A stretch of DNA of 64,000 nt from Thermodesulfobacteriota bacterium (lineage in GTDB: Bacteria; Desulfobacterota_D; UBA1144; Nemesobacterales; Mycalebacteriaceae): positions 4,521 through 68,520 of the forward strand of contig CBDAQI010000001.1 in NCBI GenBank assembly GCA_965198945.1, written 5' to 3'. The position numbers were made by a program, and so were the translations under genes. Every line of letters starts with the position of its first letter. Position 1 is the first letter of the stretch. Positions 39,629-50,002 of this stretch are shown here, piece by piece. The notes beneath the pieces are model-generated. The model worked only from the letters and a program-made list of their open reading frames with translations, made no database searches and was not told the origin of the DNA.

Positions 39629-42055
39629 TTATCTTATTTGAGCGCCGAAAGAATCACCGAGTGTTCGCACGGCTTTTTTCCAAACCGAGTTCGCCTCTTC
39701 ATCGGTGAGAGTTTTCTCAGCGGAACGCAAAACAATTGAAATTCCGACACTCTTCATGTCATCCCCCATGGATTTATCCTCAAAAAGATCAAAAATCCAC
39801 ACATTTTCAATAAGTGGGCTAACACTTTTGACACCGGATATTATATTTCCGACTTCCAGATTTTTTTTCACAATAAAAGCCACATCGCGCCTGAGCGAAG
39901 GAAACCTGGGCAAAGCTGAAAAAACCGGTCCGCCCCCATCACGGCAGGAATAAAGTCTGCCCAAATTCAGCTCAAGAGCAACCGGACGTTTAAGGTCAAA
40001 CACCGTGGCGGCTTCCGGATGTATTTCACCGATGTATCCGAGTTTTATCCCGTCTCCGAAAATAATACTCGCACTTTTTCCGGGGTGAAAATAATTTTTT
40101 TCCGAACCGGGCTCAAAAACCACCGCAGAGCGGAAAGAATCATCACCCCCGGAAAAAATATTCAAAAATTTTTCAAACAAACCCTTCATATCAAAAAAAT
40201 CAAAACTTCCGCCGCTCCATAAATCCGGCAGACCGTCTCCCGCGGCAACGGCCGAAAAAACTTTTTCCTCAACGGGCAGCCGGCCTTTGCCTTTGGGGTA
40301 AAATACTCTGCCCGATTCAAAAATTCTCGCTGCGCCGCACTGTCTGGAAAGATTGAATTTCAAATTTCTCATCAACCCCGCAAGCAGAGTGCCTCTCATG
40401 ACGGAAATATCCGCTGAAATTGGGTTGAGAATTTCAAGCATTTCTCCGGAATTAAAAACCCTGAGAAATTCCGGGTTGTCAAACCCGTAGTTGACGGCCT
40501 CTGAAAAACCGTTCAGAACAAAAACGCTTTTTATTAAATTCTCCCCGTCCGTGCGGCCGTTTATTTTCCGCTCAAGCATGCCGACGCTCGGTTCGGTTTT
40601 CGGTATGCTGTTGTATCCGATAAGCCGGGCAACTTCCTCAATCACATCGGCGGGGCGCGTAACATCCGCCCTAAAGGTGGGAATTTTCAGAGAAACGTCC
40701 CCATCACCCGGGTCCGACACCTCAAAGCCCAGAGAAGCCAGAAGCCTTAAGACCTCCTTTCTGTCGCGTGAAGTCCCGAGAGTTTTCCATATTTTTTCAA
40801 GCGATACCCTTAGCTCGCAAGGCTTTATTTCCGTCGGGTAAACATCCGCAACTCCACGCAACCGGGAGCCTCCGGCAACCGACTTTATCAGAGAAGCAGC
40901 CCTTGTCAGAGCAGGAATCGCGGCCGCAGGGTCAACCCCTCTTTCAAATCTGTATGAAGACTCGGACGAAAGTTTCAGACGCTTGGAAGTTCTCCTTACG
41001 GATGAGGGACTGAAACACGCAGCCTCAAGCAGAATTTTTTCTGTCTTCACACTGACTGAGGAACTCTCCGCTCCCATCACGCCGGCAATTGCCAGCACAC
41101 CCTCAGAATCCGCTATCACAAGGTTTTCGGGGGTCAGGTCATAACTTTGAGAGTCAAGAGCCGTAACAGACTCGCCGGTATTTGCGTTTCTTACCGCAAG
41201 GCCGTCACTGACAAGGTCTGAATCAAACGCGTGAAGAGGCTGACCGAATTCAAGAAGCACAAGGTTTGTAACGTCAACAACGTTGTTTACGGGCCTGATT
41301 CCACAGGCTGAAAGACGCGCCCGCAACCACAGCGGCGACTCTGCCACACTGACACCGTCCACAATTCCGCAACAGTAGCGCAGACAGCCTTTTTCATTTT
41401 CCAAGCTAACCTTGACAGCGTCCCGTGCGGCTTGGGAGCTCGTATCATCAACGCCCGGCTTTTGAAGAAGAGGCGGAATTTTCAAAACCCCGCCGGTTGC
41501 GACTGCGATTTCCCGCGCTATTCCAATTACGCTAAGGCAGTCAGGTCTGTTGGGTGTAACGACCACTTCAATAACAACATCTTCAAAATCCGGAATTTCG
41601 GTAAGCGGTGTTCCCGCCGCAATGAAATCCGGCAGTATCATAATTCCGTCGGACTTGGCGGAAAAAAGCCCGATTTCCTGTTCCGAGCAAAGCATTCCGC
41701 CGGATTCACATCCGCGTATTTTGGAGCGTTTGATAGTGATTCCGTCGGGGAAAACAGCCGTTTGAGGCAACTTTGCCCCCGGAAGCGCGAGAACGACCAT
41801 ATCGCCCGTTTTCATGTTTGTCGCTCCGCAGACAATTTCGTGTGTTTCTCCGCCGTCAGTAACGGAACACAGAGACAGACGGTCTGCGTTTGGATGGGCC
41901 CTCACGCTCTCCACTTTTGCAGACACAATTTTATCGTGTGTAAGATGTGTGATTGATTCCACTTCAAGACCCGCCATCGTAAGCGTTTCTCCAAGCTCTT
42001 GTGGAGAAAGGTCAAAATCCACATACTCTTTAAGCCACTTTATGGTTACTTTCAT
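39629..42055 (-). CDS. pheT: Phenylalanyl-tRNA synthetase beta subunit
   Basis: 808 aa with tRNA-binding, B3/4, B5 and FDX-ACB domain order; MKVTIKWLKEYVDFDLSPQEL. Confidence 0.95.
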   Translation of the reverse strand: MKVTIKWLKEYVDFDLSPQELGETLTMAGLEVESITHLTHDKIVSAKVESVRAHPNADRLSLCSVTDGGETHEIVCGATNMKTGDMVVLALPGAKLPQTAVFPDGITIKRSKIRGCESGGMLCSEQEIGLFSAKSDGIMILPDFIAAGTPLTEIPDFEDVVIEVVVTPNRPDCLSVIGIAREIAVATGGVLKIPPLLQKPGVDDTSSQAARDAVKVSLENEKGCLRYCCGIVDGVSVAESPLWLRARLSACGIRPVNNVVDVTNLVLLEFGQPLHAFDSDLVSDGLAVRNANTGESVTALDSQSYDLTPENLVIADSEGVLAIAGVMGAESSSVSVKTEKILLEAACFSPSSVRRTSKRLKLSSESSYRFERGVDPAAAIPALTRAASLIKSVAGGSRLRGVADVYPTEIKPCELRVSLEKIWKTLGTSRDRKEVLRLLASLGFEVSDPGDGDVSLKIPTFRADVTRPADVIEEVARLIGYNSIPKTEPSVGMLERKINGRTDGENLIKSVFVLNGFSEAVNYGFDNPEFLRVFNSGEMLEILNPISADISVMRGTLLAGLMRNLKFNLSRQCGAARIFESGRVFYPKGKGRLPVEEKVFSAVAAGDGLPDLWSGGSFDFFDMKGLFEKFLNIFSGGDDSFRSAVVFEPGSEKNYFHPGKSASIIFGDGIKLGYIGEIHPEAATVFDLKRPVALELNLGRLYSCRDGGGPVFSALPRFPSLRRDVAFIVKKNLEVGNIISGVKSVSPLIENVWIFDLFEDKSMGDDMKSVGISIVLRSAEKTLTDEEANSVWKKAVRTLGDSFGAQIR

Positions 42056-42130
42056 ATCAAAATCTCTTCACCGGAACTGATATGGTATTCTAAAGCAGCT
42101 TAAATAGAAATCAAATAATACCGGACACTT

Positions 42131-43273
42131 ATGACGAAACAGACCCCCCGAAACATGACGAACAATCTGTCGCGCCTGATAGCGGAAGATGTAAAAAAAC
42201 AGGGCGCCATCACTTTTGAAAGATTTATGGATATTGCCCTTTACCATGAGGAGCTCGGATACTACTCAAGCGGGCGGGCGCAAATAGGCAAAAAGGGTGA
42301 TTTCTACACAAGCCCGGCAGTGGGCAGCTCCTTCGGAAAGACTCTTGCAAGGGTCGTTAGCCGCCTGAAAAAGCTGATGGAGAGGCAGAACTGTATAACC
42401 GTTCTGGAAGTGGGAGGCGGGCAAGGATGGCTCGCGTTTGATATTCTTTCCGAGCTTGCAAGAACTGACCCCGAAACTTACGGCTTGGTTGAGTATATAC
42501 TGCTTGACCGTTGCAACCCTCAACAATGCGCGGTTACGGGAAAGCATAAAAACTTCCGCAGAGTGAAAAATTTTGATGAGATAGTGGCGCCGTTAACAGG
42601 AATTATTCTTTCAAATGAGTTATTTGACGCCATTCCTTTTCATCGGCTCATATTTAGAAACGGGGAAATAAGGGAGATTTTCGTTTCTTGCGGCGAGTAT
42701 GGGTTCGTGGAAACCGAAGCCGCGCCTTCAAGCGGAAAACTGGCCGAATACTTTGACAGGTGCGGGGGGGTGGAGAAAATGGGATTTGTTGAAGGACAGC
42801 AGTTTGAGGTCTGCCCCGGCGCCGCCAAACTGCTGAAACAGATGGCGGACGCCATGAAAAAAGGGATAATTCTGACAATAGACTACGGTTTGCGGACAGA
42901 AGAGCTTTTCAGTCCGGAGAGATACAACGGCACTTTCAAGTGTCTATCAGAACACAAAATCAGCGAATCTCCATATCAGAAAATCGGCGAACAGGACATA
43001 ACAGCCCATGTTGACTTTGGAAATCTTGAAAGCACGGGAGAGGCGTCAGGTCTTGCAACTCTTAAATACACAACACAGGGTCAATTCCTGCTTGACTGGG
43101 GAATAATGAAAATTGCCGAAAGAAATCTACAGGAGATACCAGCCATCAAAAACCTGTTTATGCCCTCAATGATGGGAAACAGATTCCGAGCTTTGATGCA
43201 GGTCAAAAACTCAGACGAACTGAAGGAGAGTTTTTATCCCGAAAGCCCGTTAAAAATTTCATTCGGTCTATAA
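42131..43273 (+). CDS. SAM-dependent methyltransferase, DUF185/MidA (NDUFAF7-like) family
   Basis: 380 aa; ITFERFMDIALYHEELGYYSS...DFYTSP...LEVGGGQG. Confidence 0.8.
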   Translation: MTKQTPRNMTNNLSRLIAEDVKKQGAITFERFMDIALYHEELGYYSSGRAQIGKKGDFYTSPAVGSSFGKTLARVVSRLKKLMERQNCITVLEVGGGQGWLAFDILSELARTDPETYGLVEYILLDRCNPQQCAVTGKHKNFRRVKNFDEIVAPLTGIILSNELFDAIPFHRLIFRNGEIREIFVSCGEYGFVETEAAPSSGKLAEYFDRCGGVEKMGFVEGQQFEVCPGAAKLLKQMADAMKKGIILTIDYGLRTEELFSPERYNGTFKCLSEHKISESPYQKIGEQDITAHVDFGNLESTGEASGLATLKYTTQGQFLLDWGIMKIAERNLQEIPAIKNLFMPSMMGNRFRALMQVKNSDELKESFYPESPLKISFGL

Positions 43274-43360
43274 GACAAGGTCAATACACCCGCTTCTTTA
43301 CTTGACACACATACATCACCGCCGTTACAGTAAAAAATCTGAAACTCCGAGGTTAATCAA

Positions 43361-44044
43361 ATGACTGACTCTATATACAAAAACAACATCGGCCCTGAGA
43401 TGGGCAAATTCAAAGAAACAAACCCCGAAATGCTTGAATCATGGATGGCTTATCACGACAGCGTATTTAATGACGGGGCTCTGTCCGTTAAGGAAAAGCA
43501 GCTTATAGCCGTTGCGGTCGCACATATAACATCCTGCCCTTACTGCATAAGGTCAAGAGTCAACGCTTCACTCAAAGCCGGAGCGACGGACAAAGAGATT
43601 GTTGAGGTTATTTATGTTGCAATGCGTCTTGCCATGGGCGCGCCCTACGCCTTCTCAAGCATAGCGTTTGAGGCATGGGACCATCTTGAACAGAGTGTTC
43701 CGCTCTCTGAAGGACACTTTTTCAAAAAAGACATAGCTCACGAAATCAACTTCTTCAAAGAAGAAAGCGGGGACATAGCCGCGCCGTTTGGAAACTTCCA
43801 CAAGAAAACTTTTGAAGACGGAGCTCTCACAAAGAAATTTAAACGCGGTATCGTGGCGCTTGCCTGTGCCCTGACTACAAAATGCCCCTACTGCATAAGA
43901 TCCTGCGTCAAAGACGGGAAAGCGGACGGTGTAACATCAAAACAGATAGCCGAAGCCGTAAACGTTGCAATGGTTATGACCGCCGGAGCCTGCTGGGCGC
44001 ATTCTTCAATAGCAATGGAAACAATAGCAAAAGCGGAAAAATAA
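43361..44044 (+). CDS. Tandem carboxymuconolactone decarboxylase (AhpD-like) domain protein
   Basis: 227 aa with two repeats, each carrying an AhpD-type CxxC motif (CPYCI...). Confidence 0.75.
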   Translation: MTDSIYKNNIGPEMGKFKETNPEMLESWMAYHDSVFNDGALSVKEKQLIAVAVAHITSCPYCIRSRVNASLKAGATDKEIVEVIYVAMRLAMGAPYAFSSIAFEAWDHLEQSVPLSEGHFFKKDIAHEINFFKEESGDIAAPFGNFHKKTFEDGALTKKFKRGIVALACALTTKCPYCIRSCVKDGKADGVTSKQIAEAVNVAMVMTAGACWAHSSIAMETIAKAEK

Positions 44045-44056
44045 GTTCATCGCCTT

Positions 44057-45451
44057 TTGACAACGCCCTCATACACAGCGGCGGATGACACCATATCCGC
44101 AATTTCCACACCGCCCGGCAAGGGTGGAATCTGCGTAATACGCATAAGCGGAAAAAAATCTCTTTCAGTAATAAGACGACTGTTTATGTTTCACGGGAAA
44201 CATCGCGATTTTGAACCGCGAATAATGTATGCCGGGAACATAATTAACCCCGAAAACAAAACCGTTCTGGACAGCGCAATGTGCGTTTTTATGAAGGCGC
44301 CCCATTCATATACCGGAGAGGATTCCGCTGAAATTCACTGCCACGGCGGCACCGCATGCTCCGGAAAAGTGATGGAGTTGACTCTGAAACGAGGATGCAG
44401 ACCCGCAAAACCCGGAGAGTTCACCCAGAGGGCTTTTATGAACGGGAAAATGGATCTTGCACAGGCACAGGCGGTTGCAGACATAATCAACGCGCAAAGT
44501 GAACTTGGGCTCAAACAGGCGGGACTTCAACTGTCCGGCGGACTTTCCGACAGAATAAACGAAACAAAAAAGCAGTTGGTTGAAATTTTCGCGGAAATTG
44601 AAACGCGAATAGATTTTCCGGAAGAAGAAACAGGAGACATATCAACAAGTCTAATGAGACAAACCGCTGAAAACGTCCTCAGGGAACTGAAATCGCTGCT
44701 TTCCACATATACGTCGGGAAGTCTAATACGCGAAGGAGCGGGAGTCGCAATAGTAGGAAAGCCGAATGTGGGCAAATCAAGTCTTATGAACGCGATTCTC
44801 GGCAGAGAACGCGCCATAACAAGCAAAGAACCCGGAACGACAAGAGACTATATTGAGGAACAGATATCCATAGAAGGCATCACTGTCAGGCTTACCGATA
44901 CGGCCGGAATCAGAAACGCCCGGAATGAGGCCGAAAAAGCGGGAATTAAAATGGCAAAAGACAGAGCTCTTGGAGCTGACATGCAAATTCTGGTAATTGA
45001 TGGAAGTATTCCGCTTTCCGAAGAAGAAGTTGGGATGGTTGAAAATTCGGAGAAAAACACCATCCTCGTCATAAACAAGTCAGATTTGGCCGGAAAAAAC
45101 ATAAAAAGCATACAAAACAGGTTTGAGATGCGCGAAACGGCTCTCACATCGGCGAAAACAGGTGAGGGGATTCAAATTTTGAAAGGGAAAATAGGAAAAA
45201 CACTTATGGAAAACACCAAACCCATGGAAACCAACGAGGCGGCTTTGACCTGCCTCCGGCACAAAGAGGCGGTTGAAAAAGCTCTCCTGGACGTAAAAGA
45301 GTTTTTAAGCCTCCTGAACGGAAAAGAGTCGCCTGAAATACTGTCAATAAAGGCCAGAGAAGCAATCGATTCACTTGGCGAGATAACGGGCGAAACCACA
45401 ACCGAAGAGATACTCGGTGTCATTTTCGGAAAGTTTTGCATAGGAAAATAG
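44057..45451 (+). CDS. mnmE: tRNA modification GTPase MnmE
   Basis: 464 aa; G-domain GKPNVGKSSLMN and the C-terminal CIGK motif. Confidence 0.95.
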   Translation: MTTPSYTAADDTISAISTPPGKGGICVIRISGKKSLSVIRRLFMFHGKHRDFEPRIMYAGNIINPENKTVLDSAMCVFMKAPHSYTGEDSAEIHCHGGTACSGKVMELTLKRGCRPAKPGEFTQRAFMNGKMDLAQAQAVADIINAQSELGLKQAGLQLSGGLSDRINETKKQLVEIFAEIETRIDFPEEETGDISTSLMRQTAENVLRELKSLLSTYTSGSLIREGAGVAIVGKPNVGKSSLMNAILGRERAITSKEPGTTRDYIEEQISIEGITVRLTDTAGIRNARNEAEKAGIKMAKDRALGADMQILVIDGSIPLSEEEVGMVENSEKNTILVINKSDLAGKNIKSIQNRFEMRETALTSAKTGEGIQILKGKIGKTLMENTKPMETNEAALTCLRHKEAVEKALLDVKEFLSLLNGKESPEILSIKAREAIDSLGEITGETTTEEILGVIFGKFCIGK

Positions 45452-45711
45452 GAGAATTACAAAGGAGAGCTGACAATAATTCCCGTAATTTTTATAAAAA
45501 TTGGGTCCGCCGAAGCAAAATGTTATTTTATACAGGGTTCCCGATAACGGTTTCCAATTTGTCCGTTAGTTTGGCTTGGATCGTGCCAACGGGAACCCTT
45601 TATAAGCCCCTTTGTTTCATGTGAAACATAACGGCCAGTGCCAAATCATTTTTCCACACTTATACACAAAGATGTGGAATATATGTTGACAACGATAGGG
45701 TCAGGTCTTGT

Positions 45712-46560
45712 TTAATACCACATAAAAGCCTGATATAAAAGATTTTTCAAACAAAGATAGGAAGTGTGAACGGATGTGGAAAAATCAAGGGTCAAGTCTT
45801 GAAATTGAATGTTTTCAACAGGAACAATTCCTGAAACAGAGTTGGTGGCAAAAACAAATTCCATCCGCGCTATTTCCCGCTCCTGAAGGGAAAGTTCCGA
45901 CACCGAAAAGCCGGCTTTTGATGCAATATCTATCAAGATTTCCCTTGTTATGCCGGGAAGTATGCCGCAATCTGGAGGGGGGGTGAAAATATCCGTGCCG
46001 TGCCCGAAGAAGATATTGCGGCATGTTGTCTCCACGGGGGCGGCGTCCGCATCGGGCAAAAGAGCGTCGTCAAAACCTCTTTTTTCCGCTTCCCTCATTG
46101 ATAATATATTTTCAAGATAATTAAGGGATTTTATTCCGGAGAGAGGAGAATAACGTCTTGAATATCCGTTTTGCAGAAAAATAATTTTCAAGGGTTTGAC
46201 GGAAAAATTATCAGAAAATTCAGTGACGGAAATTATAATTTGAAAAGAATCGGGTTTTGCAAAAAAGGGCGCCGGGAGACCTCCTGAAACAAGGCATATT
46301 TTCACGACACAGTCGGGAAAGCCCGAATTTTCGGCGGATTTAATTATCTCCCCGGTTATTTCTCCGCCGTCGGAAATGGGTATTTCCAGAACGGCCGCGC
46401 CATGTAAAATTCTTTTAATATGCTTTTCCAGAAAAACGGGTCTAAATCCCCTCCATCTCATTGTTTCAAAAACCCCGTCTCCGTAGAAAAATCCTCTCGG
46501 AAAAATTCCGTTAATGTCCGCGACTTTTTTCCCGCCGATATAGATGACCTGATTTTTCAC
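45712..46560 (-). CDS. pabC: Class IV aminotransferase-fold protein, probable aminodeoxychorismate lyase
   Basis: 282 aa, fold-type IV PLP enzyme, immediately downstream of pabB in an operon. Confidence 0.7.
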   Translation of the reverse strand: MKNQVIYIGGKKVADINGIFPRGFFYGDGVFETMRWRGFRPVFLEKHIKRILHGAAVLEIPISDGGEITGEIIKSAENSGFPDCVVKICLVSGGLPAPFFAKPDSFQIIISVTEFSDNFSVKPLKIIFLQNGYSRRYSPLSGIKSLNYLENILSMREAEKRGFDDALLPDADAAPVETTCRNIFFGHGTDIFTPPPDCGILPGITREILIDIASKAGFSVSELSLQEREIARMEFVFATNSVSGIVPVENIQFQDLTLDFSTSVHTSYLCLKNLLYQAFMWY

Positions 46561-46569
46561 AAAAACGAA

Positions 46570-47826
46570 TTAGTTCCCCGCCGCAATGGCATTTTTGAGA
46601 GCTTCAAGTTTGAGAGCCGTTTCCCGGAATTCTTTTTCCGGATCCGAATTCCACACTATTCCCGCTCCGCTCCAACAGACCGCATTTTCCCGACAGATAC
46701 GCAGACATCTTATTGAAACACTGAGACGGAAATTTCCGTCCGGATAAAAAATTCCCGCCGCGCCGCAATAAGGGCCTCTTGAATGAGACTCAAGCGAATC
46801 AATAATTTCAAGAGCTTTTGTTTTCGGAGCTCCGGTTACGGAGCCGGGAGGAAAAGTTTTTTCCATTATTTCACAAAGTGAAATATTTTTTCTGAGAGTT
46901 CCGCATATTTCCGATTCCATGTGAAAAAGCGTTTTATATGATTTGACATTAAATATCTTCTTTGTTTTGACGCTTGAGGGGGAACATATTCTGCTCAAAT
47001 CATTTCTCATTAGATCAGTTATCATAAGAATTTCCGCCCTCTCTTTCCGATTGGCCGACAGGGATTGTTTTATACGGGAATCCTGCAGACTATTTATTCC
47101 GCGCTTCGCCGTTCCTTTTATAGGATGTGAAACTATCTCCTTTCCGGTTTTTTCAAGAAAAAGTTCCATTGACCCGCTTATAAACTGAAATTCTCCGAAA
47201 TCCATATAGGAGGCAAACGGAACCGGTTGGGAATTAAAAAGACGCAAAAATAAATTCAGAGGCTCGTCCGGATTCGGAATTTTCCACGCCTCGGATATGT
47301 TAACCTGGTATACGTCACCTTTTTCTATGTGTGATTTTATTTTCCTCACATTTTCCAGAAATCTTTTTTCAGATGAGCTGAAATCGGCTGCAATATCAGG
47401 AGCCGGTTTTTCAAGGCGATTGCGGTTTCTTTCTGAAAAAGTTTTTTCCGCCGGAAATTTATTTGAAAAACTCACCGATTTTTCATCGTAGAAGTGAAAA
47501 TTAAGAAACGTGGGCGAAAAACCCGCTTTTTTATTTTCACATATTTTTTTTTTCAGACTCCTTCCGTCATGGGTTTTTTGCAGATATTCATATGAAAAAA
47601 ATCCCACGGCAAAATATCCTTCGGAAGTTTTTTTTTCTATTTCGCGGACCGGGTCGCCGCTTATTTTACGAGTTTTTTCACCGTCGGAAATTACCGTGCC
47701 GTAAATACCGGATGAAAGTGTGAATCGGGGTTTTGAGAAAATTATACAACCGCCGGAGCTCTTTCCAAGCCAGCCGCCCCCGGAGTCAAGAAGAAGAGCG
47801 GACGGAAATTCATCTCCCGTTGTCAT
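46570..47826 (-). CDS. pabB: Aminodeoxychorismate synthase component I (chorismate-binding enzyme)
   Basis: 418 aa; ...GDVYQVNIS...; ...PPGSVTGAPK...; ...RGPYCGAAG..., the TrpE/PabB family. Confidence 0.85.
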   Translation of the reverse strand: MTTGDEFPSALLLDSGGGWLGKSSGGCIIFSKPRFTLSSGIYGTVISDGEKTRKISGDPVREIEKKTSEGYFAVGFFSYEYLQKTHDGRSLKKKICENKKAGFSPTFLNFHFYDEKSVSFSNKFPAEKTFSERNRNRLEKPAPDIAADFSSSEKRFLENVRKIKSHIEKGDVYQVNISEAWKIPNPDEPLNLFLRLFNSQPVPFASYMDFGEFQFISGSMELFLEKTGKEIVSHPIKGTAKRGINSLQDSRIKQSLSANRKERAEILMITDLMRNDLSRICSPSSVKTKKIFNVKSYKTLFHMESEICGTLRKNISLCEIMEKTFPPGSVTGAPKTKALEIIDSLESHSRGPYCGAAGIFYPDGNFRLSVSIRCLRICRENAVCWSGAGIVWNSDPEKEFRETALKLEALKNAIAAGN

Positions 47827-47840
47827 GGCCTGAAAACCGT

Positions 47841-49847
47841 CTACCGGGAATCTGTTTTATCAACCGAATCTCTGAGAATTTCCGCGACATCCTTTACCCG
47901 TATGTCATCTGATTTGCCCCTGAATTTTGCCGCATCCTCAAACATGGTATTACAAAAATAGCATGCGGTGGCAAGCGTGTCAGGCTTGAGCTGTTCGGCT
48001 TCTTCAAACCTGTTCCAGTTCACTCTCGGCGCCTCTTCCTCCATCCATATCTTTCCGCCGCCCGCGCCGCAGCAGAAACTGTTTCGCCCCGAACGTTTCA
48101 TCTCAACAAGGTCTACGCCCGATATGGATTTGAGAATTTCCCTCGGTGAATCATAGATTTTGTTGTATCTGCCTATGTAGCAGGAGTCGTGGTATGTGAT
48201 TTTCTCCGAAACCCCTCCGTTCGGTGTGAGTTTGCCCTGTTTTACAAGTTCCAGCAGAAAATCGGTGTGGTGAACCACTTCATACTCGCCGCCGAACTGC
48301 GGATACTCATTCTTTATCGTGTTGAAGCAGTGCGGACAGTTGGTGAGGATCTTCTTCACCTTCAAATCGTTCATTTTCTCCACATTTTGAGACGCAAGTT
48401 CCTGATAAAGAGCCTCCTCACCGAGGCGTCTGGCCGGGTCGCCGCTACAGGTCTCTGAAGGCCCCATGACGGCAAAGTCCACTCCCGCCTTTGCAAGAAG
48501 CTCCACAACCGCCTTTGAAACCTCCTGGCCGCGCGGGTCAAAAGCGCCGAAACACCCCATCCAGTAAACCACATCAACGGGCTCCGCGTTTTCAAGATCT
48601 TTTCCGAGAACCCTCACCCCCTGGATGCCGGAGAGCCAGGAGGCTCTTTCCGAGTCATTAAATCCCCACGGGTTTCCGTGAGTCTGAAGTTTCTGCAAGG
48701 TGCGAGTCGCCGTCCCGGTCAGCTTGCCTTCAAGGGTCAGATACCTTCTCATTTCCACAATTTTGCCCATCTGGTCTATGAACAGCGGGCACTGTTCAAC
48801 ACAGGCGTTGCAAGTTGTGCAAGCCCAGAGCTCATCAGATGTTATCCATTCGGGCGAAGCAAGCTCCGCGCCCTCGCCCGCGGGAATTTTCCCGTCAGCG
48901 ATTTCCTTGCCTTCGCTTGAAACATAGTGCCTGAGTTTGACAACAACATCGCGCGGAGAAAGCACCTTCTCGGTATTCCATGCGGGGCAGTTGTCAGTAC
49001 ACCTGCCGCATTCGGTGCAGGTGTAGGAATCCATAAGGTCTTTCCAGCTGAAATCCTCTATTTTTGCCGCGCCGAAATGGTCAAGGTCTTCGGGAATATC
49101 CTCAAAATCTATCTTCGCAAGCGCGCCCCGGGGTTTCAGATTCTGAAAAAAAACATTGAGCGCGGCCGTGAAAACATGGCTGTGCTTTGAATAGGGAAGA
49201 TAGTTGAGAAACCCGAGAAGTATCAGAACATGGAACCACCAGAAAAACTCGCGCCAAAAGACCTGACCCCCTTCGGACATAGTGGCAAAAAGACCGGCAA
49301 ACAGGCTTGAGACCGGGAGAAACTCTGCGGGAGCGCCGCCGAGCGCTATTTTCGCTCCGGTGTATAGAAACGCTGTCATAACAAGGCCGAAAATAAGCCC
49401 GAGAACAACCACGGCGTCCGGGCCGTTTACTTCTCTTTTTTTGCCGAAAGTGAGTCGGTTGACAACTCCCATGCACAGCGCCAAAATAACAAGCGCCTGG
49501 GTTATGTCCAGCACATATTCGTAGTAATCATGTCCGACTCCGGGAATGAGTTTGAATTCCGTTTCGGGGAAAAAAAGACCGCCTACAAAAATTTCAAAAG
49601 TGCCTATGGAGATAATCAGAAATCCCCAGAAAATCATAAAATGCTCAATTCCCGCAAATGTGTAGTTCTGCCAAAGTCTCCGCTGTCCGAAAACATATAT
49701 AAAAACACGTTTTACCCTCTCCCCGATTTGGTCAAGGCGGTTGTCCTCCTTTTTTCCCAGCCGCAGAAGGCGTATGAGGTTGTAGATGTTGTAAAAGAAA
49801 AAACCGAAAGAGGCCACTAGAAGAACAGTCATTATAAGCGGTTTCAT
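47841..49847 (-). CDS. Membrane-anchored Fe-S oxidoreductase (HdrD/DsrK/GlpC-like: N-terminal TM domain, two 4Fe-4S motifs, CCG domains)
   Basis: 668 aa with about 6 N-terminal TM helices, CTECGRCTDNCPA and CTTCNACVEQCPL, and Cys-rich CCG regions (CFG...CCGAGGG). Confidence 0.8.
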   Translation of the reverse strand: MKPLIMTVLLVASFGFFFYNIYNLIRLLRLGKKEDNRLDQIGERVKRVFIYVFGQRRLWQNYTFAGIEHFMIFWGFLIISIGTFEIFVGGLFFPETEFKLIPGVGHDYYEYVLDITQALVILALCMGVVNRLTFGKKREVNGPDAVVVLGLIFGLVMTAFLYTGAKIALGGAPAEFLPVSSLFAGLFATMSEGGQVFWREFFWWFHVLILLGFLNYLPYSKHSHVFTAALNVFFQNLKPRGALAKIDFEDIPEDLDHFGAAKIEDFSWKDLMDSYTCTECGRCTDNCPAWNTEKVLSPRDVVVKLRHYVSSEGKEIADGKIPAGEGAELASPEWITSDELWACTTCNACVEQCPLFIDQMGKIVEMRRYLTLEGKLTGTATRTLQKLQTHGNPWGFNDSERASWLSGIQGVRVLGKDLENAEPVDVVYWMGCFGAFDPRGQEVSKAVVELLAKAGVDFAVMGPSETCSGDPARRLGEEALYQELASQNVEKMNDLKVKKILTNCPHCFNTIKNEYPQFGGEYEVVHHTDFLLELVKQGKLTPNGGVSEKITYHDSCYIGRYNKIYDSPREILKSISGVDLVEMKRSGRNSFCCGAGGGKIWMEEEAPRVNWNRFEEAEQLKPDTLATACYFCNTMFEDAAKFRGKSDDIRVKDVAEILRDSVDKTDSR

Positions 49848-50002
49848 ATTTTCCTCCGGTGTTTATCGTATAAGGAGAAGAACTCCGTAACATTATACTA
49901 AATAGGCGCGGGGAAAGGTCAAGAATACAAAATGCAGTGTCTTTTCATCAGAATTAAAACAAGATGGCCGCTAAAACCCGAAACAATAAGGCCGAGGAAG
50001 TG

